From an uncultured Actinomycetes bacterium (GTDB lineage Bacteria > Actinomycetota > Thermoleophilia > RBG-16-64-13), in contig CAIQPS010000142.1 in the NCBI GenBank assembly GCA_903873715.1, positions 1,693 through 65,692 on the forward strand: a DNA stretch of 64,000 nt, in the 5' to 3' direction. The translations under genes and the position numbers were made by a program. The notes below the pieces were generated by a model. That model did no database searches. It was not told the origin of the DNA and was given only the letters and a program-made list of their open reading frames with translations. This document shows positions 10,110 to 18,628 of the stretch, one piece after another; the first letter of the stretch is position 1; each line of letters starts with the position of its first letter.

Positions 10110-10914
10110 CGAGCCTCACAGGGTCGCATTCGTTCAGGGTCTCGGGCGGCGGAGTGGCGCCGCGCAGTTCCTCGATCTCGTTCTCCAGCATCACGACCCT
10201 GCGGACGAGACAGCGCATGGCTTCCGCGACCGGGTCGGGAAGGTGCGTGTAGTCGATGTCCGGGATCCCCACCTTCGCCCCGGCCGTGATGACCGGCCGG
10301 CCCGGGTTGCCGACCACGGTGGTGTTGGAGGGCACGTTCTGGACGACGACACTCCCCGCCCCCACCTGCACGTTGTCGCCCACCGTGATCGAGCCGAGGA
10401 GCAGCGAGCCCGCGCCGATGACGACGTTGTCGCCGACGGTCGGGTGGCGCTTGCCGGTCTCCTTGCCTGTCCCGCCGAGCGTGACGCCCTGGTAGATGGT
10501 CACGTTGTCGCCTATCTCGGCCGTCTCCCCTATGACGACCCCCGAGCCGTGGTCGATGAACAGCCCCTCGCCGAGCTTCGCCCCCGGGTGGATCTCTATG
10601 CCGGTGAGCAACCGCCCCACCTGGGACACGAGCCGCGGGGCGACCGGGACTTCCATCTCCCAGAGCGCATGGGCGGCACGGTGGAACCACAGGGCGTGAA
10701 GACCGGGATAGCAGGTGAGTATCTCGAACTCGTTCCGGGCGGCGGGGTCCCGCTGGCGGATGGCCGCGATGTCCCGGCTCATCTGAGACGCCGCGCCCCT
10801 GCCCGCGTCCCGGACGCTCGCGGCGGCCTTGAACGCGCCGGACAGAGCTTCCCGAGCGGCGAAACGGCACCAGCCGCCGGCCTGCAGCATGAGAGTGTTC
10901 TGGGGTCCAGTCAT
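10090..10914 (-). CDS. cysE: Serine O-acetyltransferase CysE
   Basis: Hexapeptide-repeat left-handed beta-helix ([38 protein letters not shown]) and a conserved N-terminal motif ([20 protein letters not shown]). The conserved core probably starts at [12 protein letters not shown] (about 10782). The track ORF adds 44 aa upstream. There is a C-terminal extension of about 45 aa. The stop overlaps the pcrA start by 20 nt. Confidence 0.8.
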   Translation of the reverse strand: MTGPQNTLMLQAGGWCRFAAREALSGAFKAAASVRDAGRGAASQMSRDIAAIRQRDPAARNEFEILTCYPGLHALWFHRAAHALWEMEVPVAPRLVSQVGRLLTGIEIHPGAKLGEGLFIDHGSGVVIGETAEIGDNVTIYQGVTLGGTGKETGKRHPTVGDNVVIGAGSLLLGSITVGDNVQVGAGSVVVQNVPSNTTVVGNPGRPVITAGAKVGIPDIDYTHLPDPVAEAMRCLVRRVVMLENEIEELRGATPPPETLNECDPVRLDGPDDV

Positions 10915-10970
10915 GGGGCGTTACGATACCATGCGCCGGCGGCCCGCCCGGCCGTGGGTCATGGCCCCGC

Positions 10971-11909
10971 TCAGGACCCGGAGCCCGGTCGTGCGCTCGT
11001 ACCGGCCAAAATGCTCTTCGCCGCTTGGACGTCGGGCTCGAGATATGCCGCGCCGGGCGCGTACTCCACATGCCGACCGGTGATGGCCTGGCCCTCCCAG
11101 CCACCCGCCGTCATGGACGCCGACTCGGCTTCGAGCGACGCCAGGAACGCGTCCCGGTCACCGCCCACGTGCGCATCCGCGAGCCAACCACCGGCTGCGA
11201 CCGACCCTGCGTGCTGGGCGCTGAGCGCGCCTGCGAGCACGGCGGCCACGGCCCCGGCGTCGGCGCCCTGGCCGTCCAACTCCTCGGGAAGCCCACTCCC
11301 TCCGACGGCTCCGGTCACGGCCTGCCGCAGGTCGCTCCACTCGATCGAGGCGACGGCGGCGATGGACGCATCCAGGACGTCGCTCACAGCCTGCTCCGGC
11401 CCCGACAGGTCATCCGGGGAGGTGTAGACGTCGGCGAGACGCTCGAACCTGTCTCCCACCCGCAGCAGTGTCACGGACGGCATCCCCAGCACCACACCGC
11501 GGTCCGGACCACCCGAGACCAGAGCGAAAACGGCCGGGGAACCACCCTGCAACACGACCAGGAGGGCCGCACCGTCCACCGGTCCGGCGGAGCCGGCCTC
11601 GGTGGTGGATGTCGGTGCGATCGTGCTCGTCTGGGTGGAGGCCGTCTCTGCGAGCGTGGTCGGGGCAACCGTCGTCTGCGCCGTCCGCGCATCGGAGACA
11701 GCCGGCCACCAACCGTCGGCGAGCGGAGAGGAAAGGACTACTACGGCGGCCACCACGATAACCACGAGCGATCCGGTGAGGATGGTGCGCCCGGGCCGTT
11801 CGGGCCTGCGCCTTGCACGGCGCGTGCGCTGCCGGCGCGCGGCGTGGCGCGTGGACCGGCGCTCTACCGGCTGCCCGTGTTCAGGAGGCCACTCTTCAAG
11901 GTCGTTCAT
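10971..11909 (-). CDS. Membrane-anchored LytR_C-like (LytR/CpsA/Psr C-terminal domain) protein
   Basis: Arg-rich cytoplasmic N-terminus, one TM helix (ILTGSLVVIVVAAVVVL), a Thr/Ala-rich linker, then an extracytoplasmic domain. Its position directly downstream of nadD (ATGA overlap) matches the actinobacterial nadD/LytR_C/rsfS neighbourhood. The assignment is from memory of that family. Confidence 0.5.
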   Translation of the reverse strand: MNDLEEWPPEHGQPVERRSTRHAARRQRTRRARRRPERPGRTILTGSLVVIVVAAVVVLSSPLADGWWPAVSDARTAQTTVAPTTLAETASTQTSTIAPTSTTEAGSAGPVDGAALLVVLQGGSPAVFALVSGGPDRGVVLGMPSVTLLRVGDRFERLADVYTSPDDLSGPEQAVSDVLDASIAAVASIEWSDLRQAVTGAVGGSGLPEELDGQGADAGAVAAVLAGALSAQHAGSVAAGGWLADAHVGGDRDAFLASLEAESASMTAGGWEGQAITGRHVEYAPGAAYLEPDVQAAKSILAGTSARPGSGS

Positions 11910-12583
11910 ATCCCGCTGCCTGGGCGGTACTCGTCACTGGAATCGATGAGGTCGCACACCGCGTCGGGCACCAGATATCGCACGGGAAGCCCGGCGGCGA
12001 TGCGCTGCCGGATCATGCTCGAGGAGATGTCGAGACCGGGGACGTCCATGACCCGCACCTTGGCTTCAGGCCCGGTCCCCACCACGCCGGCGCCGAGAGA
12101 GGCCAGCACCGAGGCGAGCCGGGACAGGTCGAAGCCCGGCCGGGTGGCGGCAAGGAGGGTACAGCGCGCGAGCACGCCCTGGGGGTCCTTCCAGCTGAGG
12201 ATGTCCAGGACCGCGTCCGCACCTGTAATGAAGAAAAGGACTGCATCCGGCTGGAGGGCGCCCTTGAGATACTCGAGCGTGTCCACCGTGTAGTCGGTGC
12301 CGGGCTGGTCGATCTCCAGGCGGGAGACCGAGAACCGGGGGTTGGACGCCGTGGCGGCCACGGTCATGCGGTAGCGGAACTCCGGCGAAGCGAGTCGGCG
12401 CTTCTTGTGAGGCGGCTGGCCCGACGGCATGAACACGACCTCGTCCAGCCCGAACTGGGTCAAGGCCTCCTGCGCCGCCACGAGATGGGCGATATGGACG
12501 GGATCGAACGCCCCGCCCATGATGCCCAGCCGCAGCCCCCGGCGCGCGCTCAGACGGGATATCGGATCGGCCTCGTGCGTCAC
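11906..12583 (-). CDS. nadD: Nicotinate-nucleotide adenylyltransferase NadD
   Basis: GIMGGAFDPVHIAHL nucleotidyltransferase (H/T)IGH-type motif and NadD-length ORF. The start may be a few codons downstream of the track start. Confidence 0.85.
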   Translation of the reverse strand: MTHEADPISRLSARRGLRLGIMGGAFDPVHIAHLVAAQEALTQFGLDEVVFMPSGQPPHKKRRLASPEFRYRMTVAATASNPRFSVSRLEIDQPGTDYTVDTLEYLKGALQPDAVLFFITGADAVLDILSWKDPQGVLARCTLLAATRPGFDLSRLASVLASLGAGVVGTGPEAKVRVMDVPGLDISSSMIRQRIAAGLPVRYLVPDAVCDLIDSSDEYRPGSGI

Positions 12584-12607
12584 GCCGCCTCTCCTTCGGC
12601 CGCCCGG

Positions 12608-13879
12608 TTAGCGGACGTGCCCTTCCCCGGTGACCACATACTTGATGGACGTCAGTTCTTTGAGAGCCAGGGGCCCGCGGGCGTGGAGCTTCTGCGTGGA
12701 GATGCCGATCTCCGCCCCGAGGCCGAAGACCCCACCGTCGGTGAAGCGGGTCGATGCGTTGATGTAGATGACCGCGGCATCCACGGCGCGCGCGAAGCGG
12801 CGCGCCGCCTCCAGGTCCCGCGTGACGATGGCCTCGGAATGTCCGGTGCCGTACCGCGCGATGTGCTCGACGGCCTCCTCCAGACCGGAGACGACCTTGA
12901 CGGCCATCTGCAGGTCGAGGAACTCGGTGGCATAGTGGGTCTCGGTGGCCGTTTCCAGAGGCGCCGGGGTCTCACCCGCCAACTCGCGGGTCCGCTCGTC
13001 AACGAACAGCTTGACCTCACGCTCCTGCAGCCCCTTGGTGACGGCGGCCATGAAGTCCGGAGCCACGGCCTCGTGCACCAGCAGCGTCTCGGCGGCGTTG
13101 CACACTCCCGGGCGCTGACACTTCGCGTTGATGGTTATGTCCAAGGCGCTCTTGAGGTCGGCCGTCTCGTCGACGTAGATGTGGCAGTTCCCGCCCGCCG
13201 CGTAGATGACCGGCACCTTCGAATGTTCGAGCAGGAAGTCCTTGAGGGCCTCGCCCCCGCGCGGGATGACGAGGTCCACCTGGTCGCGCATCTGCAGCAG
13301 TTCGATGAGAGCGTCGCGGTCCTTGTCGAGCATGAACTGGATGGCGTCGCCGGGCAGGCCGGCTTCCAGGGCCGCGCCCGTGATCACCTCGGCGAGGATA
13401 CGGTTGGAGCGGTAGGCATCGCTGCCGCCGCGCAGGATGACGGCGTTGCCGGTCTTGAGGCAGAGCGCGGCAGCGTCGACGGTTACGTTGGGCCGGGCCT
13501 CGTAGACCACGCAGATGACCCCGAAGGGCACCCGCACCCGCTGGATCTCCAGGCCTTCCGGCGTCCTCCACCCGGACACGATCTCGCCGACCGGGTCCGG
13601 AAGGGCCGCGATGTCCCGCAGACTGGAGGCGATGCCCTTGAGCCGCTGCTCGTCGAGGAGCAGCCGGTCGATAAGGGCCTTGGTGAGGCCCTTCTTGCGG
13701 CCTTCCTCCACGTCCTTGGCGTTCTCCACCAGGATCTCGGCCGAGCGGCGCTGAAGCGCATCGGCCATGGCGACCAGGGCGCGGTTCTTCTCCGCCGCGG
13801 TCATGAGTGCCAGCCGCCGGGACGCGCTCTTCGCGGCCGCGGCCAATCCGGTGATCTTCGCCAGTCCGTTGCTGTTCAA
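12608..13879 (-). CDS. proA: Gamma-glutamyl phosphate reductase ProA
   Basis: 423 aa aldehyde dehydrogenase-family ProA sequence with the catalytic Cys region (NAKCQRPGVCNAAETLLVH). Confidence 0.9.
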   Translation of the reverse strand: MNSNGLAKITGLAAAAKSASRRLALMTAAEKNRALVAMADALQRRSAEILVENAKDVEEGRKKGLTKALIDRLLLDEQRLKGIASSLRDIAALPDPVGEIVSGWRTPEGLEIQRVRVPFGVICVVYEARPNVTVDAAALCLKTGNAVILRGGSDAYRSNRILAEVITGAALEAGLPGDAIQFMLDKDRDALIELLQMRDQVDLVIPRGGEALKDFLLEHSKVPVIYAAGGNCHIYVDETADLKSALDITINAKCQRPGVCNAAETLLVHEAVAPDFMAAVTKGLQEREVKLFVDERTRELAGETPAPLETATETHYATEFLDLQMAVKVVSGLEEAVEHIARYGTGHSEAIVTRDLEAARRFARAVDAAVIYINASTRFTDGGVFGLGAEIGISTQKLHARGPLALKELTSIKYVVTGEGHVR

Positions 13880-13894
13880 GTCGCCTCCTGCCTC

Positions 13895-15004
13895 TTAACA
13901 AACCAACACGAGATAGTCCCGGTGGATGGCCTCCGGGGACGAAGCGGGCAGTATCTCGGCCACCCGCGCACTGTGCAACCCCTTCACCCGGTCCAAGTCT
14001 TCCTTGGAGTAGCTGACCAGACCCTTGGCCAGCTCCACTCCGTCGGCGCCGACCACCGTGACCGCGTCGCCGGCCGCGAAGTCGCCCTCCACCCGGGTGA
14101 CACCGACCGGGAGCAGGCTCCCCTTGCCGCGGAGCGCCTTGGCCGCCCCCGCATCGACGACGACCTTGCCGTTGGCCGGCTTGCCGTACAGCAGCCAGAG
14201 CTTATAGTCTGGCAGACCGAGCGGACGGGGCGGGAACCGGGTGCCCACATCCTCGCCCGTGAGACAGGCGGTCAGCACGCCCGGCCGGGTGCCCCGAGCT
14301 ATGACGGTCTCCACTCCCCCGCTGGTGGCGATGCGGGCGCTGTTCACCTTGCTGCCCATGCCCCCGCGCCCCAGCGCGCTCACCGCGCCGATGGTGACGC
14401 ACTCGAGGTCGCCGAGACCGTCGACCGTGTTGATGAGCCGCGCGTCCGGATCCTCTCGCGGGTCGGCCGTGTAGAGGCCGTCCGTGTCCGTCAGGAGTAC
14501 GAGCAGGTCGGCCTTCACCAGCAGGGCCACCTGGGCCGCCAGGGCGTCGTTGTCGCCGAAGCAGAGCTCGTCGATGGAGGTGGTGTCGTTCTCGTTGATG
14601 ATCGGGACGACCTTCCACTCGAGCAGGCGCTTGAGAGTGTTGCGGGCGTTGAGATACTGGGTGCGGGCCGCGACGTCGAAGGCGGTGAGCAGCACCTGGG
14701 CCGTCACCACGTTCTCGTGGGCGAAGAGCTCGGTGTAGGTGCGAAGGAGATGCCCCTGCCCCACCGCGGCCGCGGCCTGCAGGTCCACGACGGCGTTGGG
14801 GCGGCGCTTCTTGCGCAGGATGCCCATGCCCGAGGACACGGCGCCCGACGACACGAGCAGCACCCTATGGCCCGCGGCCAGCAGTTCGCACACCTCCGAG
14901 ACCAGGCCCGCCATCGGGGCCAGCCGGAACGTGCCCCGCTCGGTGGTGAGCGTGGTGGAGCCTATCTTGACGACTATGGTCTTGCCGGTCTTCTTGTCCG
15001 CCAC
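13895..15004 (-). CDS. proB: Glutamate 5-kinase ProB (with C-terminal PUA domain)
   Basis: 369 aa amino-acid kinase fold (VVKIGSTTLT...) plus a C-terminal PUA domain. Position between obg and proA is canonical. Confidence 0.9.
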   Translation of the reverse strand: MADKKTGKTIVVKIGSTTLTTERGTFRLAPMAGLVSEVCELLAAGHRVLLVSSGAVSSGMGILRKKRRPNAVVDLQAAAAVGQGHLLRTYTELFAHENVVTAQVLLTAFDVAARTQYLNARNTLKRLLEWKVVPIINENDTTSIDELCFGDNDALAAQVALLVKADLLVLLTDTDGLYTADPREDPDARLINTVDGLGDLECVTIGAVSALGRGGMGSKVNSARIATSGGVETVIARGTRPGVLTACLTGEDVGTRFPPRPLGLPDYKLWLLYGKPANGKVVVDAGAAKALRGKGSLLPVGVTRVEGDFAAGDAVTVVGADGVELAKGLVSYSKEDLDRVKGLHSARVAEILPASSPEAIHRDYLVLVC

Positions 15005-15015
15005 CGTGGCCGCCT

Positions 15016-16431
15016 TTACTGGAACTCGAACGTATAGCCCTCGAGATCCACTTCGTCGCCGGGCTGCGCGCCCTTGGATTTTAGTGCAGCGTACACTCCG
15101 AGCCGGTCGAGCCGCTCGGCCAGATACTGAACAGCTTCTTCATTATCGAGGTCAAACCTGCTTACGAGGCGCTTGACCGCCTTGCCTTTGACCGCGAAGC
15201 CGGTCTCCTCATCGTGGGTGACCACGAAGCTCCGGGCGCCCGTGGGCGCCGGACGGTACGTCACGTGACGGCCTTCGGTCCGCTCCTCGACGGCGCCCGA
15301 CTCGGCCGCGGCGCCCTCATCCGCCAGGGTGTCCGGCGCGGTCATGCGCACGATGAGCGGCCCCACCCAGGACAGCAGCGCGCTGATCCCGGCGCCTGTG
15401 ACGGCCGACACCGGTCTCACCAGCCGGGCCGCCGGGGGCAGTTCGCCTTCTATCTCGTACGTGTAGGCCGGATGGCCCTCCCCGCGCAGCCGCTCCACCT
15501 CGCCTATGAACGTGCGCTCCCATTCCTGCACCGTCTCCGGCGGCAGCGCGTCTATCTTGTTGAGGACGATGGTCTGGGGCTTGCCGGCCAGGTCGGCGGC
15601 ATGGGCGTCCAACTCCCCGAGGATCGTGCGGAAGCCTTCGAGCGGCTCCACCCCGTAGTAGCCGGTGATGTCCACGACGTGCAGCAGCACCTGGCAGCGC
15701 TCGAGATGGGCCAGGAACTCGTGGCCCAGCCCCACTCCCTCGCTGGCGCCTTCCAGGAGCCCGGGCACGTCGGCCAGGGTGAAGGTGTCGCCTTCGCCGG
15801 TCCAGTCGACGACGCCAAGCATCGGTTCCAGCGTCGTGAAGGGGTAGTCGGCCACCTTGGGCTTGGCATTGGAGAGCCGGCGCAACAACGAGGATTTGCC
15901 CGCGTTGGGGAGGCCCGCGAGGCCCGCGTCGGCCATGAGCCGCAGCGACAGCTGCACCCAGAAGCCTTCGCCTTCCTCGCCCAACTCCCCGAAGTGCGGG
16001 GCCTGCCTCACCGAGTTCACGAAGCGGGTGTTGCCCTTGCCGCCCAGGCCGCCCTCGGCGATGACCACCCTCTGCCCCGGCTTGGTGATGTCTGCGAGCA
16101 GTTCGTCGGGCGCGTCCTCTTCACCCTCGGTGCCGTGGATGCGCCACAGTTGGGTCCCCAGCGGCACGGGTATGACGGCGTCTTCGCCGTTGGCGCCGTG
16201 CTTGCGCGCGCCCATGCCCGCTCCGCCGCTGCCGGCCTTGTAGTGGACCTTGTAGGTGAAGGGCTGGAGATCGCGCAGTTGCGGATCCCCCACGACGATC
16301 ACGTCGCCGCCCCGGCCCCCGTCGCCGCCGTCGGGCCCGCCCCGGGGCACGTGGATCTCATGGCGAAAAGAAACGCAGCCGTTCCCGCCGTTCCCGGCCG
16401 CCACATGGATCTTTGCTTGATCGAAGAACAT
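15016..16431 (-). CDS. obg: GTPase Obg/CgtA (with C-terminal OCT domain)
   Basis: Obg fold glycine-rich N-domain (GGNGGNGCVSFRHE, GGPDGGDGGRGG), G-domain motifs (GLPNAGKSSLL, DVPGLLEGA, NKID), and a C-terminal OCT extension. Confidence 0.9.
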   Translation of the reverse strand: MFFDQAKIHVAAGNGGNGCVSFRHEIHVPRGGPDGGDGGRGGDVIVVGDPQLRDLQPFTYKVHYKAGSGGAGMGARKHGANGEDAVIPVPLGTQLWRIHGTEGEEDAPDELLADITKPGQRVVIAEGGLGGKGNTRFVNSVRQAPHFGELGEEGEGFWVQLSLRLMADAGLAGLPNAGKSSLLRRLSNAKPKVADYPFTTLEPMLGVVDWTGEGDTFTLADVPGLLEGASEGVGLGHEFLAHLERCQVLLHVVDITGYYGVEPLEGFRTILGELDAHAADLAGKPQTIVLNKIDALPPETVQEWERTFIGEVERLRGEGHPAYTYEIEGELPPAARLVRPVSAVTGAGISALLSWVGPLIVRMTAPDTLADEGAAAESGAVEERTEGRHVTYRPAPTGARSFVVTHDEETGFAVKGKAVKRLVSRFDLDNEEAVQYLAERLDRLGVYAALKSKGAQPGDEVDLEGYTFEFQ

Positions 16432-16490
16432 GGACGGCGCCGGTCACGGCGAGCCCGGCTGCGTTGTGAACGCAGACCTGAGCCCGGTCG

Positions 16491-16742
16491 CTACTCGGTT
16501 ACGATGCTGATGACGCGCCCGACTTTGCCCGTGGTGAACTCCACGGTGCCGGGAGCGGTCGCGAAAAGGGTGTCGTCTTTGCCGATACCGACGTTCTCGC
16601 CCGGGCGGAACTTGGTGCCGCGCTGGCGCACGAGGATCTCGCCGGCTTTGACGGTCTCGCCCGCGAAGGCTTTGACACCCAGGCGCTGAGCCTGCGAATC
16701 GCGGCCGTTCCTGGAGCTACCGCCACCTTTCTTATGAGCCAT
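16491..16742 (-). CDS. rpmA: 50S ribosomal protein L27
   Basis: [24 protein letters not shown]... is the highly conserved L27 N-terminus. Confidence 0.9.
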   Translation of the reverse strand: MAHKKGGGSSRNGRDSQAQRLGVKAFAGETVKAGEILVRQRGTKFRPGENVGIGKDDTLFATAPGTVEFTTGKVGRVISIVTE

Positions 16743-16778
16743 GTCCTATCCCTTCCTTATAGCTCGAACAGGCCGAGC

Positions 16779-17081
16779 CTAGGCGATCTTCTGCACTTCG
16801 AGCTTCGTCTGCGCCGCGCGGAAACCGGCCTTCTTGCGCCAGCCACGCTTGGGCTTGAACCTCGAGATCTTGATCTTCGGACCACGCAGGTGCTCGACCA
16901 CGAGAGCCGTGACGGTGGCTTCCTTGCCATCGGCGGCCAGACGGAGGTCTCCCCCGTCGGCGACGAGCAGCGAGGGCAGCTCGACGGTGGCACCTTCGGC
17001 AGCGTCAACGCGGTCGACGACGACCTGCTGCCCTTCTTCTACCCGGTATTGCTTACCGCCGACCTTGACGATGGCGAACAT
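16779..17081 (-). CDS. rplU: 50S ribosomal protein L21
   Basis: MFAIVKVGGKQYRVEEGQ... is the conserved L21 sequence. It sits upstream of rpmA. Confidence 0.9.
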   Translation of the reverse strand: MFAIVKVGGKQYRVEEGQQVVVDRVDAAEGATVELPSLLVADGGDLRLAADGKEATVTALVVEHLRGPKIKISRFKPKRGWRKKAGFRAAQTKLEVQKIA

Positions 17082-17181
17082 CCCGACTCCTCAATGATTC
17101 TCAACCGACAGCACACAGCCGCCCGACGGCGGCCGCGAGCAACGCAGTATAGCAAGGTTGTTGCCGCGCTGCCACCTTTGT

Positions 17182-18621
17182 TCAATCCGGCACGATCGCG
17201 ACGTGCGCCAACGGTATCTCGCCGACCGCTTCCTGCACCTCGGCCCGCCGCCCCGTCTGCGCGACGAGCCTGCGCATGACCTCTCCGCCCGGCGCCAGCC
17301 GGCCCAGCAGACGCGGATGCACCGCGACCCGCACGACCGGCAGGTCCGATGCGCGCAGCAGGTCGGCGAGCCGCCGCTCCACCACGATGAGTGCAGACTC
17401 GTCGGATATCACCCGGCCGAGACCGCGGCAGGTGGGGCACGTGGCCGTGACGATCTCGCGCAGGCCCTGCGTGGTGTTCTGGCGGGTCATCTCCACCAGC
17501 CCCAAGGGCGAGATCTCCACCACGTAGGTCTTGGTGCGGTCGAGGGTGAACTCCGCCTCCAGTGCGGCGAGCACCACTTCGCGGTTGGTCTTGGCCGTCA
17601 TGTCGATGAAATCGATGACGATGATGCCCCCGATATCCCGCACCCGCAGCTGGCGGACTATCTCCTTGCACGCCTCGAGATTGGTCTTGAGCGTGGTGTT
17701 CTCGAGCTGCTTCTTGCCCACGTAGCGGCCGGTGTTCACGTCGATGACCGTCATGGCCTCGGTGTGGTCGATCACCAGGTAGCCGCCGGAAGGCAGCCCG
17801 ACCCGGCGGGCCAGGGCCTTCTCCATCTCCGGTTCGAGGCCGAAGCGCTCGAACAGCGGCGTGTCTCCTTCGTGGCGCTGGACCAGGTCCTTGTACTCTG
17901 GGGCGACCGCCCGGAGATAACTGACGACGCGGCGGTACAGCTTCTCGTCGTCGACTATGACGGCGTCGAAATCACGGCTGACGAGGTCTCTGACGCTGCG
18001 CAGGGCGAGCTCGGCCTCGGCGTAGACGAGTGACGGCGCCTGCATGCCCGCCGCGCGCCGTTCCGCGGCTGCCCACACGCGCTGCAGGAAGCGCAGGTCG
18101 CGCTCCAAGGCCTCCAGAGCCGCACCCTCAGCCGCCGTACGCACTATCAGGCCCCGGTCCTCCGGCTTCACGTCCTTGACGAGCGCCCGCAGCCGTTCCC
18201 TCTCCGCGTCGGGAAGACGCCGGGACACGCCGGCCCCCTTGCCCGAAGGTATGTACACCACGTAGCGGCCCGGTATTCCTACATCCATGGTCAGGCGCGG
18301 GCCCTTGCCGCCCATCGGGTCGCGGGTCACCTGGACCAGCAACTCCTTGCCCGATTTCAGCAGGTCGCCTATCCGGCGCCCGCCGCCTTTGGCCTCCTGC
18401 GAGACCACCTCGCCCACCGACAGGAACCCGTTCCGTTCCAACCCGATGTCGACGAAGGCCGCATCCATCCCGGGGAGCACGTTCTCGACACGGCCCTTGT
18501 AGACGTTGCCCACGAGCGACTGGCGGTCGGGCCGCTCCAGATACATCTCCGCCAGGCGCCCTTCCTCGAGGATGGCCACCCGGGTCTCGAGATGGTCGCG
18601 CGAGATCAACAGTCGTTTCAT
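17182..18621 (-). CDS. rng: Ribonuclease E/G family endoribonuclease (short RNase G-like form, no scaffold domain)
   Basis: 479 aa with S1 domain, DNase I-like and Zn-link regions (VGNVYKGRVENVLPGMDAAFVDIG..., CPTCRGLG). It has no long C-terminal degradosome scaffold. Confidence 0.85.
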   Translation of the reverse strand: MKRLLISRDHLETRVAILEEGRLAEMYLERPDRQSLVGNVYKGRVENVLPGMDAAFVDIGLERNGFLSVGEVVSQEAKGGGRRIGDLLKSGKELLVQVTRDPMGGKGPRLTMDVGIPGRYVVYIPSGKGAGVSRRLPDAERERLRALVKDVKPEDRGLIVRTAAEGAALEALERDLRFLQRVWAAAERRAAGMQAPSLVYAEAELALRSVRDLVSRDFDAVIVDDEKLYRRVVSYLRAVAPEYKDLVQRHEGDTPLFERFGLEPEMEKALARRVGLPSGGYLVIDHTEAMTVIDVNTGRYVGKKQLENTTLKTNLEACKEIVRQLRVRDIGGIIVIDFIDMTAKTNREVVLAALEAEFTLDRTKTYVVEISPLGLVEMTRQNTTQGLREIVTATCPTCRGLGRVISDESALIVVERRLADLLRASDLPVVRVAVHPRLLGRLAPGGEVMRRLVAQTGRRAEVQEAVGEIPLAHVAIVPD

Positions 18622-18628
18622 CCCAGCG

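Noticed and set aside
10783-10970. Possible regulatory RNA/riboswitch in the 188-nt stretch upstream of the conserved CysE core
   Set aside because: No stable conserved-looking stem-loops or known riboswitch motifs were visible. The stretch is in-frame open and may simply be an N-terminal extension of CysE or a plain promoter region.
11813-15037. 1074-aa plus-strand ORF, the longest in the window
   Set aside because: It lies entirely antisense to nadD, proA and proB, which have clear conserved motifs. Its translation is Arg/Gly/Ala low-complexity with no domain. This is a typical GC-rich antisense open frame.
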